DNA from: Propioniciclava sp.
GTDB taxonomy: Bacteria > Actinomycetota > Actinomycetes > Propionibacteriales > Propionibacteriaceae
Assembly (NCBI GenBank): GCA_047973315.1
Contig: JBKEBV010000102.1
Coordinates: forward strand, 1,102 to 65,101
Length of the DNA: 64,000 bases
Direction: 5' to 3'
Shown here: positions 1-9,874 of the stretch, one piece after another
Numbering within the stretch: position 1 is the stretch's first letter
How the letters are laid out: every line of letters begins with the position of its first letter
Notes under the pieces: model-generated
The model's database searches: none
What the model saw: the letters and a program-made list of their open reading frames with translations, nothing else
What the model was told of the DNA's origin: nothing
Position numbers and translations under genes: made by a program

Positions 1-296
1 TCGCGCGCGGCGGCCGACTGGTGGTGATCGGGCTGCAGGGAGGGGTGAAGGGTGAGTTGAATCTCAACCGCCTGCTGATGAAAGGCGCGACGGTGACGGC
101 GACCTCGTTGCGTTACCGGCCGGTCGCCGAGAAGGCCGCCATCGTGGGACGGGTCACCGAGACCGCCTGGCCGCTCATCAGTTCCGGGGCCGTCCGGCTC
201 GCTGGCGAGACCCGATTCGCCCTCGACGACGCTGCCGGGGCCCACCGCTACCTGGAGGGCGGGACAGCAGTGGGCAAGGCCCTGCTCACCCTGTGA
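1..296 (+). CDS. Zinc-type MDR / NADPH:quinone oxidoreductase family protein, C-terminal fragment (5' end outside the window)
   Basis: The reading frame is open to the window start. The tail ...LLMKGATVTATSLRYRP...AHRYLEGGTAVGKALLTL resembles C-termini of Qor-like MDR enzymes. Confidence 0.6.
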   Translation, partial: ARGGRLVVIGLQGGVKGELNLNRLLMKGATVTATSLRYRPVAEKAAIVGRVTETAWPLISSGAVRLAGETRFALDDAAGAHRYLEGGTAVGKALLTL

Positions 297-488
297 TCGG
301 GGAGCCGGCCGAGCCCGCCGCCCCGACCCGGGATCCTTCGCGCCCAGGAAGGCGCCGATGCAGCAACGAACCGCTCCCGGCGTCAGAGGCGACCAGGCCC
401 TGACGGACATCGAGAGCAGGTGAGGCCGCCTGGTCCGGCGCGCCGGACGATGGCCGGAACTGTCACCCCGCTGTGACAAGCTGGGTCG

Positions 489-1679
489 GTGCAGTGGTCG
501 GGATATCGGGAGGTCTGGTCCCACCCAGCAGTCCGCCAGGCGTCGATCTGGGGACTGGTCGGCAAGGCACCCTGGTTCGGGGCCGGCATTCTACTCACCC
601 TGCACGTGGTGGACGGGCTCGGTCAGACCTACGCGGCTGCCGGCCTGATCACCGGTGTCTTCACCGTGTCACTGGGACTCTCCTCACCATGGCGCGGACG
701 ACTGCTGGACACCATCGGACTACGACGGACCCTGGCACCGAGCCTGATCGTGCTGCCGATCGTGTTCCTGATCGCCCCGTTCGCCAACTACTGGGTACTG
801 CTGGTGGGGATGACGGTGGTCGGTGCGCTGGCCGTGCCCTGGTTCGTGCTGACACGTCAGATGATCATCGCCGCGGTTCCGGTCGATCACCGCCGAACCG
901 CGATCGCGCTCGACTCGATCCTCAGCGAGGTCTCGTTCATCGTGGGCCCGGTGTTCGCCGTGCTGGCTGCTGTCTGGTGGGACACCCGCTGGGCCCTGCT
1001 GGTCTTCACCCTGCTCAGCATGGTGGGGGCGGCCGCCCTCGCCTGGGCCAACCCTCCCCTCACCCCACCGGGGACCAACCCCGCCAATCCTGCTCCCGGA
1101 CGCCGATCGGTCCGCGCCTGGATGAGCATCCCGGTCATCACCACGTTCATCGCCAGTGTCGCGGTCGCCTTCGCCCTGTCCGGCATGGATCTCTCCATCG
1201 TCGCCGCCACCCGGGACATGGACGCCACCCCCATGCTCGCTGTCGTCCTGGCCACCTGGGGTGCTGGGTCGTTGATCGGCGGGCTCCTTTACGGCGGTAC
1301 CAGGCCCGGCACCGTCTCGCTCACCTTCCTGGTGGGCGGCCTGTCGGTGACGACGCTGCTCGGCGCGCTCGGCGTCACCTGGTGGCTCCTGGCTGCACTG
1401 ATGACCGTCGCTGGGCTGTTCGTCGCCCCGACGCTGTCGGCGGCATCCGAACGCCTGAGCCATGCGGTCGTCGAGGAGTACCGGGGCGAGGCCTTCGGCT
1501 GGCAGGGGACCTGTTCCACCATCGGCAACGCGATGGCACCACCGTTGGTCGGCTGGACCCTGGATCATCTCGGCTGGCAGGAAGGATTCCTGGTGACCGG
1601 CGGCGCCGCACTGGCCCTCGCCGCCGTCGGCTGGTGTGCGCTCACCGTGGTCCGCAGGGTGCGCAGGCCCGCGGCCTGA
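489..1679 (+). CDS. MFS transporter
   Basis: 396-aa ORF with about 12 hydrophobic helices. It carries an MFS-like loop motif (GRLLDTIGLRR) between TM2 and TM3. GTG start. Confidence 0.8.
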   Translation: MQWSGYREVWSHPAVRQASIWGLVGKAPWFGAGILLTLHVVDGLGQTYAAAGLITGVFTVSLGLSSPWRGRLLDTIGLRRTLAPSLIVLPIVFLIAPFANYWVLLVGMTVVGALAVPWFVLTRQMIIAAVPVDHRRTAIALDSILSEVSFIVGPVFAVLAAVWWDTRWALLVFTLLSMVGAAALAWANPPLTPPGTNPANPAPGRRSVRAWMSIPVITTFIASVAVAFALSGMDLSIVAATRDMDATPMLAVVLATWGAGSLIGGLLYGGTRPGTVSLTFLVGGLSVTTLLGALGVTWWLLAALMTVAGLFVAPTLSAASERLSHAVVEEYRGEAFGWQGTCSTIGNAMAPPLVGWTLDHLGWQEGFLVTGGAALALAAVGWCALTVVRRVRRPAA

Positions 1680-1805
1680 GGCCTGGTCGGTGGCCGATCA
1701 GCCCGAGGAGCCCGCGCCGGGGAGGGGACGGCGACCCGACCCTGCGGAGCGCCGACCTGCGCGGCTATCGGCAGCGGCGAGCGCCCCCGCGTGCCGCCAG
1801 CACCG

Positions 1806-3722
1806 TCAGGCGGCGACGAGTCGCTGCGACAGGAGGTCGGCGAAGGCGTCGAAGTCGCGGATGCGGTGAAGTTCAGCGAAAAGCTCAGGCTGGCACAGCA
1901 TGCGGATCAGGGGCTCGTAGATGGAGGTGAAATCAGCATCATCACCCTGGCTCACCGCCAGCATCAACACCATGCTCACCTCCGAGGCTCCCCACCGGAC
2001 AGGTGCCGAGGGGATCAGCACGGCGACGGTCGTCTCCCGGGCGAGCAGTTCCATCGGGTGGGGTACCGCGACCCGGTTGGCGAACGCGGTGGAGGAGTAG
2101 CGTTCGCGCGTCCGGACGCTGTCGGAGAAGCCCTCCGACACCCGTCCGGTGGCCTCAAGTTCGGCGCACAGGAAGTCGATCACCTCATCGGAGGTGCCGA
2201 AGCCGCGATCCACGAAGAAGACCCGCCGGTCCAGGAAGCGCGCCAGAATCGCCGCCAGCCGGGCCTGCTCGCGGCGAGCCGCGACGCGCGCGACACCGCG
2301 CCCGACCGCCTCCAGGTCATGCTCCGGGCAGAGCGCCGAGATCTCGACGGTCTCCAACACGGTCGCGGTCGCGCCGGCCGTGGTGACCACCAGCTCACCG
2401 TCGGTGGCCTCCGCCTCCTCCAGGCTTGAGACCACATCGCAGATGACGATCCGGTCGCCGAAGTGCTCCAGCAGACGGCTCAGCAGCCATTCCCGGAGCG
2501 TGAGATAGGCGGGACAGACGATCGTGACGGCGACAGCGTCAGCGGAGGTGTCGTGATGGTCGGCATAAAGACCCAGGTAGATGGCGAACAGGCTGATCTC
2601 GTCGTCGTTCATCCTCACGTTGAGCGAAGCGGCGATGTGGTGGGCCAGGTGTACGGCCACGTCGTAGAGGTACGGCGATCGGGTGCGCATGGACTCCCGC
2701 AGGCCGTTGCGGAAGAACATCAGGGTCGCGTTGCGGGCGATCAGCCGCATCGTGTGGGCGGTGACACTGTCGACGAGCTTGTCGCGCTGGGCGCTGAGGT
2801 CGAAGTGCGCCAGACACTCGTCCACGGCGGCCGCCACTGCCCGCCGGACCAGATCCTCATCGGCCAGCGCGGGAGTCGGCACCGGGAGCGCGGCGTCCAG
2901 GCTGACCCCGACGACCCGGAGCAGCTGGGCCCGGTCGTCGGCGCCGAGCGGCCGGTCCGGATACTCCTGGGCGAGGGCGGCCAGGAGCTCGTCGGTGTAA
3001 TGGTGGACCGCCGCGGGCGGTTCCCTTCCCACCGTCACCTCGACAGGGTCATCGAAACGCTGAAGGCTGATCGCGGCGTGGACCAGCAGGCTCTGCCGGA
3101 TGGGATCGTCCAGGCCGCCGAACGGGTAGGTCACCACCCGGTCAACCGTCTGCTCAAGCCGTTCCAGATCCACATCGGGAAGCAGACGCTGGAGCCGGGC
3201 CGCGCCGCCCACAGGATCGTTCATCGCGTCCCGGACCAGGTCGCCGAGTAGTCGGCGCCGGTCGGACTCGCGGCCAGCCACCCGGATACGGGAACCGCGT
3301 AGGGTCACGGTCAGGTCGTGCTCCTGCGCCCGCGCGCCGAGCCGGATGAGCGCAGCGCGGACCGCGCTCTCGCCGAGGAGACACTCGTTCGCCGCGTCGT
3401 AGAGGCTCCGCTCGGGGCGTTGCAGAAGATAGACCAGCAGGCGCTCGTCGTCGTCGAGCACGCTGGTCACCCGGGGTGCCTCACGGAGGACGCGCCGGTA
3501 GGCGGCGGCGTTGAGGTGATAGCCCGCACTGGTGGAGTCGATGACGGGCTCACGGAGTCGGTTGATCCGTCCGATGTCGTTGCGTAGCGTCCGAGGGCTG
3601 ACCCCCAGAAGGTCCGACAGGTCCGCACTCACCACCGGGCGCGCCGCCTCGCGGAGGACTTCCAGGAGCAGGGACTCACGCTCTGTGAAAGTCACCACGG
3701 TGTGTACCTCCCCTCCGCCCAT
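1806..3722 (-). CDS. PRD-domain PTS-controlled transcriptional regulator (BglG/MtlR/LicR-like: HTH + PRD + EIIB-like + EIIA)
   Basis: N-terminal winged-HTH (LSDLLGVSPRTLRNDIGRINRL), central PRD-like region, and a C-terminal EIIA(Mtl/Fru-type) motif RVAVPHPMEL. The start is taken at the internal ATG (MGGGEVHTVVTF). The ORF extension up to 3929 looks non-coding. Confidence 0.8.
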   Translation of the reverse strand: MGGGEVHTVVTFTERESLLLEVLREAARPVVSADLSDLLGVSPRTLRNDIGRINRLREPVIDSTSAGYHLNAAAYRRVLREAPRVTSVLDDDERLLVYLLQRPERSLYDAANECLLGESAVRAALIRLGARAQEHDLTVTLRGSRIRVAGRESDRRRLLGDLVRDAMNDPVGGAARLQRLLPDVDLERLEQTVDRVVTYPFGGLDDPIRQSLLVHAAISLQRFDDPVEVTVGREPPAAVHHYTDELLAALAQEYPDRPLGADDRAQLLRVVGVSLDAALPVPTPALADEDLVRRAVAAAVDECLAHFDLSAQRDKLVDSVTAHTMRLIARNATLMFFRNGLRESMRTRSPYLYDVAVHLAHHIAASLNVRMNDDEISLFAIYLGLYADHHDTSADAVAVTIVCPAYLTLREWLLSRLLEHFGDRIVICDVVSSLEEAEATDGELVVTTAGATATVLETVEISALCPEHDLEAVGRGVARVAARREQARLAAILARFLDRRVFFVDRGFGTSDEVIDFLCAELEATGRVSEGFSDSVRTRERYSSTAFANRVAVPHPMELLARETTVAVLIPSAPVRWGASEVSMVLMLAVSQGDDADFTSIYEPLIRMLCQPELFAELHRIRDFDAFADLLSQRLVAA

Positions 3723-3950
3723 CGTGGGCTCGCGGACGTGAGAACGCAATCGTCCCGGTTGCCACACCCCCGGCAGATCCGCCCCGCCGCAGGGGTGGCA
3801 AACAGGCGTTTGCCCCACCGGAAGTCGGCGGTCAAGGATCGTCTCATCGCCGGCTGTCCGCCCCGGCGGCGGCCCGAACGATCGGAACAACCGGGTGCCC
3901 CGGCGGCTCCCGGCACCCCCGATGATCAAGGAGGATCAGTGCAAGGAACG

Positions 3951-5006
3951 ATGAAGGCCGCGCTCATGTACGGGCCGAACGACATCAGGGTCGAGGAGGT
4001 GGCCGCGCCGTCGTGCCCTGACGGCGGTTTCGTCGTCAAAGTCCGGGCCGTCGGCCTGTGCGGCAGCGACATCCGCAACCTGACCACCGACTCCCGGAAG
4101 GGCGACTACCCCCACATCTACGGCCACGAGGTGGTCGGTGAGGTGGCGGAGGTGGCTCCCGGGGTGACGGCTTACCGTCCCGGCCAACAGATCTACGTCT
4201 ACCCGGCCGCCCACTGCCTGAGGTGCGAGAACTGCCGCATGGCCCACCACGAGCAGTGCACCGACCTCGACGACTATCTGAACCGTCCGGGCGGCTTCGC
4301 CGAGTACATCGCCTACCCGGCCTCCCGCGTCGCCCGCGGCGCCACCTTCGAACTGGCCGAGGGCCAGGACCCGGTGCTGGCCTCGCTCGCCGAGCCGATG
4401 TCGTCAACATACGCCTGCGTGGACAACATCGATGTCACGCTCGGCGACACGGTGGTCGTCATCGGCGCCGGACCGATCGGGGTGTTCCTCAGCATCCTGT
4501 CCCGGATGCGGGGGGCGGCCACGATCATCGTGATCGACATCAACGATGAGCGTCTCGCGAAGGTGTCCGCGTTCGGCGTCGACCACACCATCAACTCGAC
4601 CACGCATGACCCGGTCGAGGAAGTCATGCGCCTCACCAGGGGGCTGGGCGCCCACAAGGTGATCTCGGCGAACCCGAGCACGCAGGCGCAGGCGCAGGCG
4701 ATCCGGATGGCCAGGGCCTGCGGCACCGTCGTCTTCTTCGGTGGGGTGCCGGCCGGCGCGCTGGCGGAGATCGACTCCAACCTCGTCCACTACCGGGGCC
4801 TGTGGATCTACGGACACTACGGCGCCAACAGCATCCAGGTGCAGCGGGCCTTCGAGCTGGCGGTCAGCCCCGGATTCCCGGGTGCGCAGATCGTGACGAA
4901 CATCCTGCCCCTCGAGCAGATCAATGAAGCCATCGAACTGACCAGAACCGGAGCAGCACTCAAAGTGGTGCTCCGTCCCGACCTCAACGAGGAGGAAATC
5001 GCATGA
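3951..5006 (+). CDS. Zn-dependent polyol / polyol-phosphate dehydrogenase (MDR family, GatD/sorbitol dehydrogenase-like)
   Basis: MKAALMYGPNDIRVEEV..., GLCGSDI, GHEVVG and Rossmann motif VIGAGPIGV. AAGGAGG lies at 3928-3934. An alternative GTG start is at 3939. Confidence 0.85.
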   Translation: MKAALMYGPNDIRVEEVAAPSCPDGGFVVKVRAVGLCGSDIRNLTTDSRKGDYPHIYGHEVVGEVAEVAPGVTAYRPGQQIYVYPAAHCLRCENCRMAHHEQCTDLDDYLNRPGGFAEYIAYPASRVARGATFELAEGQDPVLASLAEPMSSTYACVDNIDVTLGDTVVVIGAGPIGVFLSILSRMRGAATIIVIDINDERLAKVSAFGVDHTINSTTHDPVEEVMRLTRGLGAHKVISANPSTQAQAQAIRMARACGTVVFFGGVPAGALAEIDSNLVHYRGLWIYGHYGANSIQVQRAFELAVSPGFPGAQIVTNILPLEQINEAIELTRTGAALKVVLRPDLNEEEIA

Positions 5007-5299
5007 ACCCCGTCCGGATTCTCATCGCCTGCGGCAGTGGTATCGCCACCTCAACCGTCGCCCAGGAAAAAGTGAAGGAAATTCTCAAGGAGCATGACAT
5101 TCCGGCGACCATCACCAAGGGGACCGTCGGGCAGATCCCTGCGCTGCAGGACGGCGCAGATATCATCCTGGTCACCACGCCCTACCGCAAGCCGGTCGAC
5201 AAACCGATCATCTCGGTCTTCAACCTCATCTCCGGCATCAACGAGCAGGCGACGGCCCAGGAGATCGTCGCCGCCTGCCGCGCCGTGACCGGGGAGTGA
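5003..5299 (+). CDS. PTS EIIB component (small galactitol/lactose-type IIB)
   Basis: 98 aa with active-site Cys context RILIACGSGIATS. ATGA overlap with the upstream dehydrogenase stop. Confidence 0.85.
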   Translation: MNPVRILIACGSGIATSTVAQEKVKEILKEHDIPATITKGTVGQIPALQDGADIILVTTPYRKPVDKPIISVFNLISGINEQATAQEIVAACRAVTGE

Positions 5300-5308
5300 G
5301 GCAGCGGC

Positions 5309-6571
5309 ATGGACATCGTCGTTGACGCCTTCCAGCAGGTTCTCGCGCTGGGGGCAGCCGTCATGCTGCCCATCGTGATGACCCTTCTGGGCATCATTTT
5401 CCGGATGAAGCTCGGGCGGGCACTCAAGGCCGGCATCATGATCGGCATCGGCTTCTCCGGGCTCCAGCTCGTCATCACGCTCCTCATGGAGACGGTGCAA
5501 CCGGCCATCGACTACTACCGCAGCTTCGGCGATTCGGCGCGGTTCACCACGGTGGATGTCGGCTGGGCCGCGATGGGTGCGGCCTCGTTCTCGGTACCGT
5601 TCGCGGCCCCCGCCATCCTGCTGATCATCGGGATCAATGTGGCGCTGGTGCTCCTGAAGTGGACCAACGTCCTCAACGTGGACATCTGGAACTTCATCCA
5701 CTTCCTGATCCCCGGCACTCTGGCCTACGCCATCACCGGCAACTTCTGGATCGGTCTGGGCGTGACTGTCGGTATCTCGGTCATCACCTTGTTCGTGGCC
5801 CAGTGGATCGCCCCGCTGTGGCAGAAGTTCTACGGTCTGACCGGCACCACCTGCTCGACATTCTCTTTCATCGCCTGGGCGTTCCCGATCGCGTGGGGCG
5901 TCAACTGGTTGATCGATCGGATCCCGAAGGTCCGCGACATCGACATCGACCTGGAGAAGGTGGGCGACAAGCTCGGGTTCTTCGGCGACACCGCGTTCAT
6001 CGGCGTCATCGTCGGGGTCTTCCTGGGCGTGATGACGCTCCAGCCGTGGGAGACGGTCCTCATCATGGGCATGGGCATCGCCGCCACGCTGGTGCTGCTG
6101 CCGAAGATGGTGTCGGTGATGATGGAGGGGCTGAGTGCCCTGGGGGACGGGGCGCAGGCGTTCATGCGTCGACGTCTGGGCGACAAGCACGAGCTGAACA
6201 TCGGCATGGACGTCGCGTTGGCCCTGGGTGATCCGACCGCGATCACGACCACGGTGATCCTGATCCCCCTGTGCATCGGGTATGCGTTCATCATCCCCAA
6301 CATGTCCTACTTCCCGGTGGGGATCCTGACCGCGATCGTCTACATGGTTCCGATGTGCTCCCTGGCCAGCAAGGGGAACCTGCTGCGGACGCTCATCTCG
6401 AGCGCCATCTTCTTGTTCATCGTGGTGTACTTCGCCAACATCTTCGCCCCGCAGGCAACGATGATGATGAATGCGACCGGCGTCGAGGTCGACGGTTCGG
6501 TGACCGACGGATCCTTCGGATTCAACCCGGCCGCCGTGCTCATCAGCGCACTCGACCAACTCTTCGGCTGA
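5309..6571 (+). CDS. PTS EIIC component, galactitol family (GatC-like)
   Basis: 420-aa polytopic membrane protein immediately after the EIIB gene. Overall GatC-like composition and length. Confidence 0.85.
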   Translation: MDIVVDAFQQVLALGAAVMLPIVMTLLGIIFRMKLGRALKAGIMIGIGFSGLQLVITLLMETVQPAIDYYRSFGDSARFTTVDVGWAAMGAASFSVPFAAPAILLIIGINVALVLLKWTNVLNVDIWNFIHFLIPGTLAYAITGNFWIGLGVTVGISVITLFVAQWIAPLWQKFYGLTGTTCSTFSFIAWAFPIAWGVNWLIDRIPKVRDIDIDLEKVGDKLGFFGDTAFIGVIVGVFLGVMTLQPWETVLIMGMGIAATLVLLPKMVSVMMEGLSALGDGAQAFMRRRLGDKHELNIGMDVALALGDPTAITTTVILIPLCIGYAFIIPNMSYFPVGILTAIVYMVPMCSLASKGNLLRTLISSAIFLFIVVYFANIFAPQATMMMNATGVEVDGSVTDGSFGFNPAAVLISALDQLFG

Positions 6572-6584
6572 GGGAGGGGAGACC

Positions 6585-7235
6585 ATGCAGTACCGGGAGG
6601 CACGCGAACGGCTGGCAAGGATCGCCGGATCCATGTTCACCCGATGGCTCACCAATGCCGCCGGCGGGAACCTGTCGGAGAAGGTGGACGAGGACCGCTA
6701 CGTCATGACGGCCTCGGGGTTGTCGTCCCACCGACTGTGGGACATCAGCCCAGACGATGTTCTCGTCGTCGACGGCGACCTCAACGTGATCGAGGGCCGG
6801 GGAAAACCCACCCGCGAGATCAACATGCACATGGCGATGTACCGCAACGACAACAAGCTGGGCGCGGTCATCCATTCCCACCCCAAAGACCTGATGGTCT
6901 ACGCCAGCATGGGTGCGGACATGCCGCTGGTCTGCGAGGCGGTGGAATACTTGGGGGCGTCCCTGCACTGCCTGCCGTATCGGATGGCCACGACCGTGGA
7001 ACTGGCCCGGACAGTGGGGGCGTGGACCAAGGAGTTCAGCACGGCGTTCGGCCAGAAGACCTTCGCCATGGAGGACATCTACGCCTACGGTGTCCTGCTG
7101 CGCCGGCACGGGGTCATCATCGGAGCCTCCGGGAGCTGGGAGGCCAATGACATGCTGGAACGACTGGAGACCAACGCCTACGTCGCCCTCCACTGCTCCA
7201 TGCTGGAGCAGGGCGGAATGGTACGTCAGCCTTGA
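6585..7235 (+). CDS. Class II aldolase/adducin family protein (FucA/AraD-like)
   Basis: GGNLS, MTASG and metal-binding AVIHSHPKD motifs. 216 aa. Confidence 0.85.
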   Translation: MQYREARERLARIAGSMFTRWLTNAAGGNLSEKVDEDRYVMTASGLSSHRLWDISPDDVLVVDGDLNVIEGRGKPTREINMHMAMYRNDNKLGAVIHSHPKDLMVYASMGADMPLVCEAVEYLGASLHCLPYRMATTVELARTVGAWTKEFSTAFGQKTFAMEDIYAYGVLLRRHGVIIGASGSWEANDMLERLETNAYVALHCSMLEQGGMVRQP

Positions 7236-7332
7236 CGCCCGCGCGTGCCGCGCCCTCGGTCCCGGCACGCGCGGTCACCCTTGCGACCACTCAACCCTCG
7301 ACACCGTGGGACCACCACACGGAGGTGCACCG

Positions 7333-7806
7333 ATGATCGAAGTAGTCTCCCCCCAGTTCGTGTACCGTCGCGTGCGCGTCGCGGACACCGATGCTCTTTT
7401 CGACCGGATCGGGGCCGACCTGCACGCAGCCGGGCGGGTGAGACCCACCTTCGTCGACGGCCTGAAGAGCCGGGAATCGAGGTATCCCACCGGCATCCCC
7501 GTCAGCGGTGGCGTCGCCATCCCACACACCGATGCCGAGCACGTCCTCCACGACACCATCGCCGTCGCCACCCTGGCCGAACCGGTGAGCTTCGGGTCGA
7601 TGGGCGGTGGGGACCAGGACGTCGCCGTGGCCACGGTCTTCCTGCTGGCCCTGCACGACCCGTCGCAGCACATGACCTTCCTTCCCCGCGTGGTCAAGGG
7701 ACTCCAGGACGAGGCGTTCGTCCAGGAATTGCATGCGGCGGGCGCCGTCGAGGAGATCGCCGAGCGCGTCGCGCACGCCTTCGCCTCCGCAGAGGGTCTC
7801 CGGTGA
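7333..7806 (+). CDS. PTS EIIA component (Fru/Mtl/Ntr type 2)
   Basis: GGAGG RBS at 7321, ATG at 7333. Phosphorylatable His context GVAIPHTDAEHV. Confidence 0.8.
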   Translation: MIEVVSPQFVYRRVRVADTDALFDRIGADLHAAGRVRPTFVDGLKSRESRYPTGIPVSGGVAIPHTDAEHVLHDTIAVATLAEPVSFGSMGGGDQDVAVATVFLLALHDPSQHMTFLPRVVKGLQDEAFVQELHAAGAVEEIAERVAHAFASAEGLR

Positions 7807-7850
7807 GCGCACACACGATCCGGGCACCGTCCGGAGGCAGGCGCGGGACT

Positions 7851-8345
7851 CTAGCGCTTGGCATCGGGCGCGTCGGCCTTCGCGCCATGGTCCGGGATCA
7901 GGAAGACGATCAACGTCGGGATGCCCGTGCCGATCATCGGCCAGACGGGCCAGAAGTAGGCCGGCCCACCCACGGAGAAGATCCACGTGGCCAACCAGAT
8001 GACGGTGAACAGGAGGGCCAGACCCAACCAGACGCGGACCGCGATGTCGCGGGCCACCCTCACCGTCGAGGGCGACGGGCGGACCGGCCATTCCACGGCC
8101 CGATCGGTCTCTGACACCACGACATCACCCAGCAGCCGGGCCAACTCACCCAAGGTGCGTGCAGCGAGGGCCGCCTGAAGGCGGTCGCCATGTTCGGCCT
8201 CGTCGAGACGGCCCTCCCCGAACGCCTCAGTGATGACGCCGAGGGCCACGTCCCGGTCCCGGTCGCTGGCCCGCACGTCGGGACGGCGGCGCGGGTCTGC
8301 GGTGAAGCGCGCCCACACCGGCACCTCGGGACGTTCAGGGGTCAT
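7851..8345 (-). CDS. DUF1707 domain membrane protein
   Basis: N-terminal RASDRDRDVALGVITEAFGEGRLDEAEHGDRLQAALAARTLGELARLL signature, followed by C-terminal TM helices. Confidence 0.75.
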   Translation of the reverse strand: MTPERPEVPVWARFTADPRRRPDVRASDRDRDVALGVITEAFGEGRLDEAEHGDRLQAALAARTLGELARLLGDVVVSETDRAVEWPVRPSPSTVRVARDIAVRVWLGLALLFTVIWLATWIFSVGGPAYFWPVWPMIGTGIPTLIVFLIPDHGAKADAPDAKR

Positions 8346-8604
8346 GGCCCGAGGCTACCCGATGACAGACATTCAATTACCAAGCCATCCAGGGACACCC
8401 ACGCGTCCTCAAGCTTTTCAACAAGAGATGAGGACGCGTACGCATCATTCCTATCGACGAACAGGTACATATTCCTGATGACCTGTGGGATCGAGTACAG
8501 GACAGAGCCAGGTCCCGCTCAGTTGAAGGGGCGCCTCGCAGGGCCCCGACCAATTGCTCCATGTCGGCGCAGAGCCGGAGATATTCCGCGTCATCGAAAC
8601 GCAT
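8342..8604 (-). pseudogene. Frameshifted small ORF in a low-G+C patch. Its stop overlaps the DUF1707 start (ATGA).
   Basis: Frame 1 reads MRFDDAEYLRLCADMEQLVGALRG... A second frame continues with a protein-like ...LYSIPQVIRNMYLFVDRNDAYASSSLVEKLEDAWVSLDGLVIECL and ends in the ATGA overlap with 7851..8345. No family is recognised. Confidence 0.3.
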
Positions 8605-8770
8605 CGATATTCTCAGCTGACCGACAAAGGAATTTTCGTGTGAATACTCTTCGAGATTTTTTCTATTCTGTCACGCTATTTGCTCGATTATTCTGACGGC
8701 GCTTGCGATGACCGGGTTGCGGTGGGGCTGTTCGCCGTTGGCCGTGGTGCGCTGGCTGGTCAAGCGGTGA

Positions 8771-9178
8771 TGGTGCCAGCGAGCCGGTCGGTTTTCGGCG
8801 GTGCTGGCGGTGGTGAGCCAACCCTTGCAGCCCGGGACTGCGCGCGAGTGCGTCTCGGCTGCCTTGAAGGCCGTGGTCGATGCAGACCTCGCGCAGCCGC
8901 AGCGCCGGGGGTGCCTGATCGGCAACACGGCGGTCGAGTTCGCCGGCGAAGACGCGCCGGTGTCCGAAAAGTTGAGGCGAATGCAGGACGAGTCGACGAG
9001 CTGGTTCGCCGAGCGTATCCGCCGTGGCCAGGTCGAGGGCGATGTCCCTCGCGATCACAACGCTCAGGCACTGGCCGAGCATGTGGCGAACACGCTTGCC
9101 GGCCTGCGCGTGCTCGCGATGACCCATGAGGCCCCATCCCTGCACCGGATCATCGACACCGCCTTGGCCGTGCTCTAG
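8771..9178 (+). pseudogene. TetR/AcrR-family regulator, C-terminal ligand domain only (N-terminal HTH missing)
   Basis: ...RGCLIGNTAVEFAGEDAPV...GQVEGDVPRDHNAQALAEHVANTLAGLRVLA is typical of a TetR C-terminal domain. The frame is closed by TGA at 8768-8770. No HTH is encoded upstream, where the DNA is AT-rich. Confidence 0.6.
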
Positions 9179-9253
9179 GGCCTCGCCCCTGGAAGCCGGT
9201 TGGGTTTCTCCATGTCCAGGTTTTAGACCAGTAGTTCAAGAACGGTGATGCAT

Positions 9254-9840
9254 ATGGAACTCGCACTCAACGGCAAGAGGGCTCTCGTCACGGGAGCAAG
9301 TCGGGGAAATCGGGCTCGCCACGGCGCGTGCCCTCGCAGCAGAAGGCGTACGCGTGGTCGGCGCAGCACGTACGGTCACCCCCGAACTCGAGGCCGTGGC
9401 GCCCTTGAGTATCGCGGCCGACCTCTCCACGCCGGAGGGCGCTCAACGAGTCGTCGCCGCAACCCTCGCCGAGGTCGGAGGCCTGGATATTCTGGTCAAC
9501 AACGTGGGAGCCGGCGATGCCGACCAGCTGAAGCTCGGCGGGTTTCTCGACGCCGACGATGCCCGGTGGCGGAACCTCCTCGACCTGAATCTGTTCAGTG
9601 CAGTGTGGGCATCCCGGGGCGCGCTGCCGTCGCTGATCGAGCGGCAGGGGGCGATCGTCAACGTGTCTTCGATCAACGCGCGCGTCCCCTCGACGGGTCC
9701 CGTCGGGTACAGCGAGGCGAAAGCAGCCCTCACCGCTTTCGGCAAGCGACTGGCGGACAAGTTCGGCCCGCAGGGCGTTCGTATGAACACGGTCTCGCCC
9801 GACCTTCGTCATCGACGGCGGCACCGTCAAAACCGTCTGA
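9254..9840 (+). pseudogene. SDR-family oxidoreductase, disrupted (1-nt insertion in the cofactor motif and an internal deletion near the 3' end)
   Basis: MELALNGKRALVTGASRG then changes frame: the expected motif codons gga atc ggg read gga aat cgg g, so IGLATARALAAEGV... continues in frame +1. After NTVSPD the frame jumps directly to FVIDGGTVKTV*, so about 50 codons appear to be missing. Confidence 0.7.
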
Positions 9841-9874
9841 GAACCCTTCCTCATCAATCGACCAGGAGAACTCC

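Noticed and set aside
3796-3813. TGGCAA...TTTGCC resembling a sigma-54 (-24/-12) promoter upstream of the PTS operon
   Set aside because: The GG-to-GC spacing is wrong by about 3 nt. The adjacent regulator has no AAA+ sigma-54 activation domain, and actinobacteria are not known to use sigma-54. It is kept only as part of a hairpin/dyad.
3723-3929. N-terminal 69-aa extension of the PRD regulator ORF
   Set aside because: The extension is Pro/Arg/Gly-rich and overlaps the divergent promoter region and the RBS of the dehydrogenase gene. The HTH begins right after the internal ATG.
5051-6655. 534-aa ORF on the minus strand across the PTS EIIB/EIIC genes
   Set aside because: This is a mirror ORF of a convincing GatC-like membrane protein. 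The product is an R/G/D/H/P-rich low-complexity string with no domain signature, as is typical of high-G+C antisense frames.
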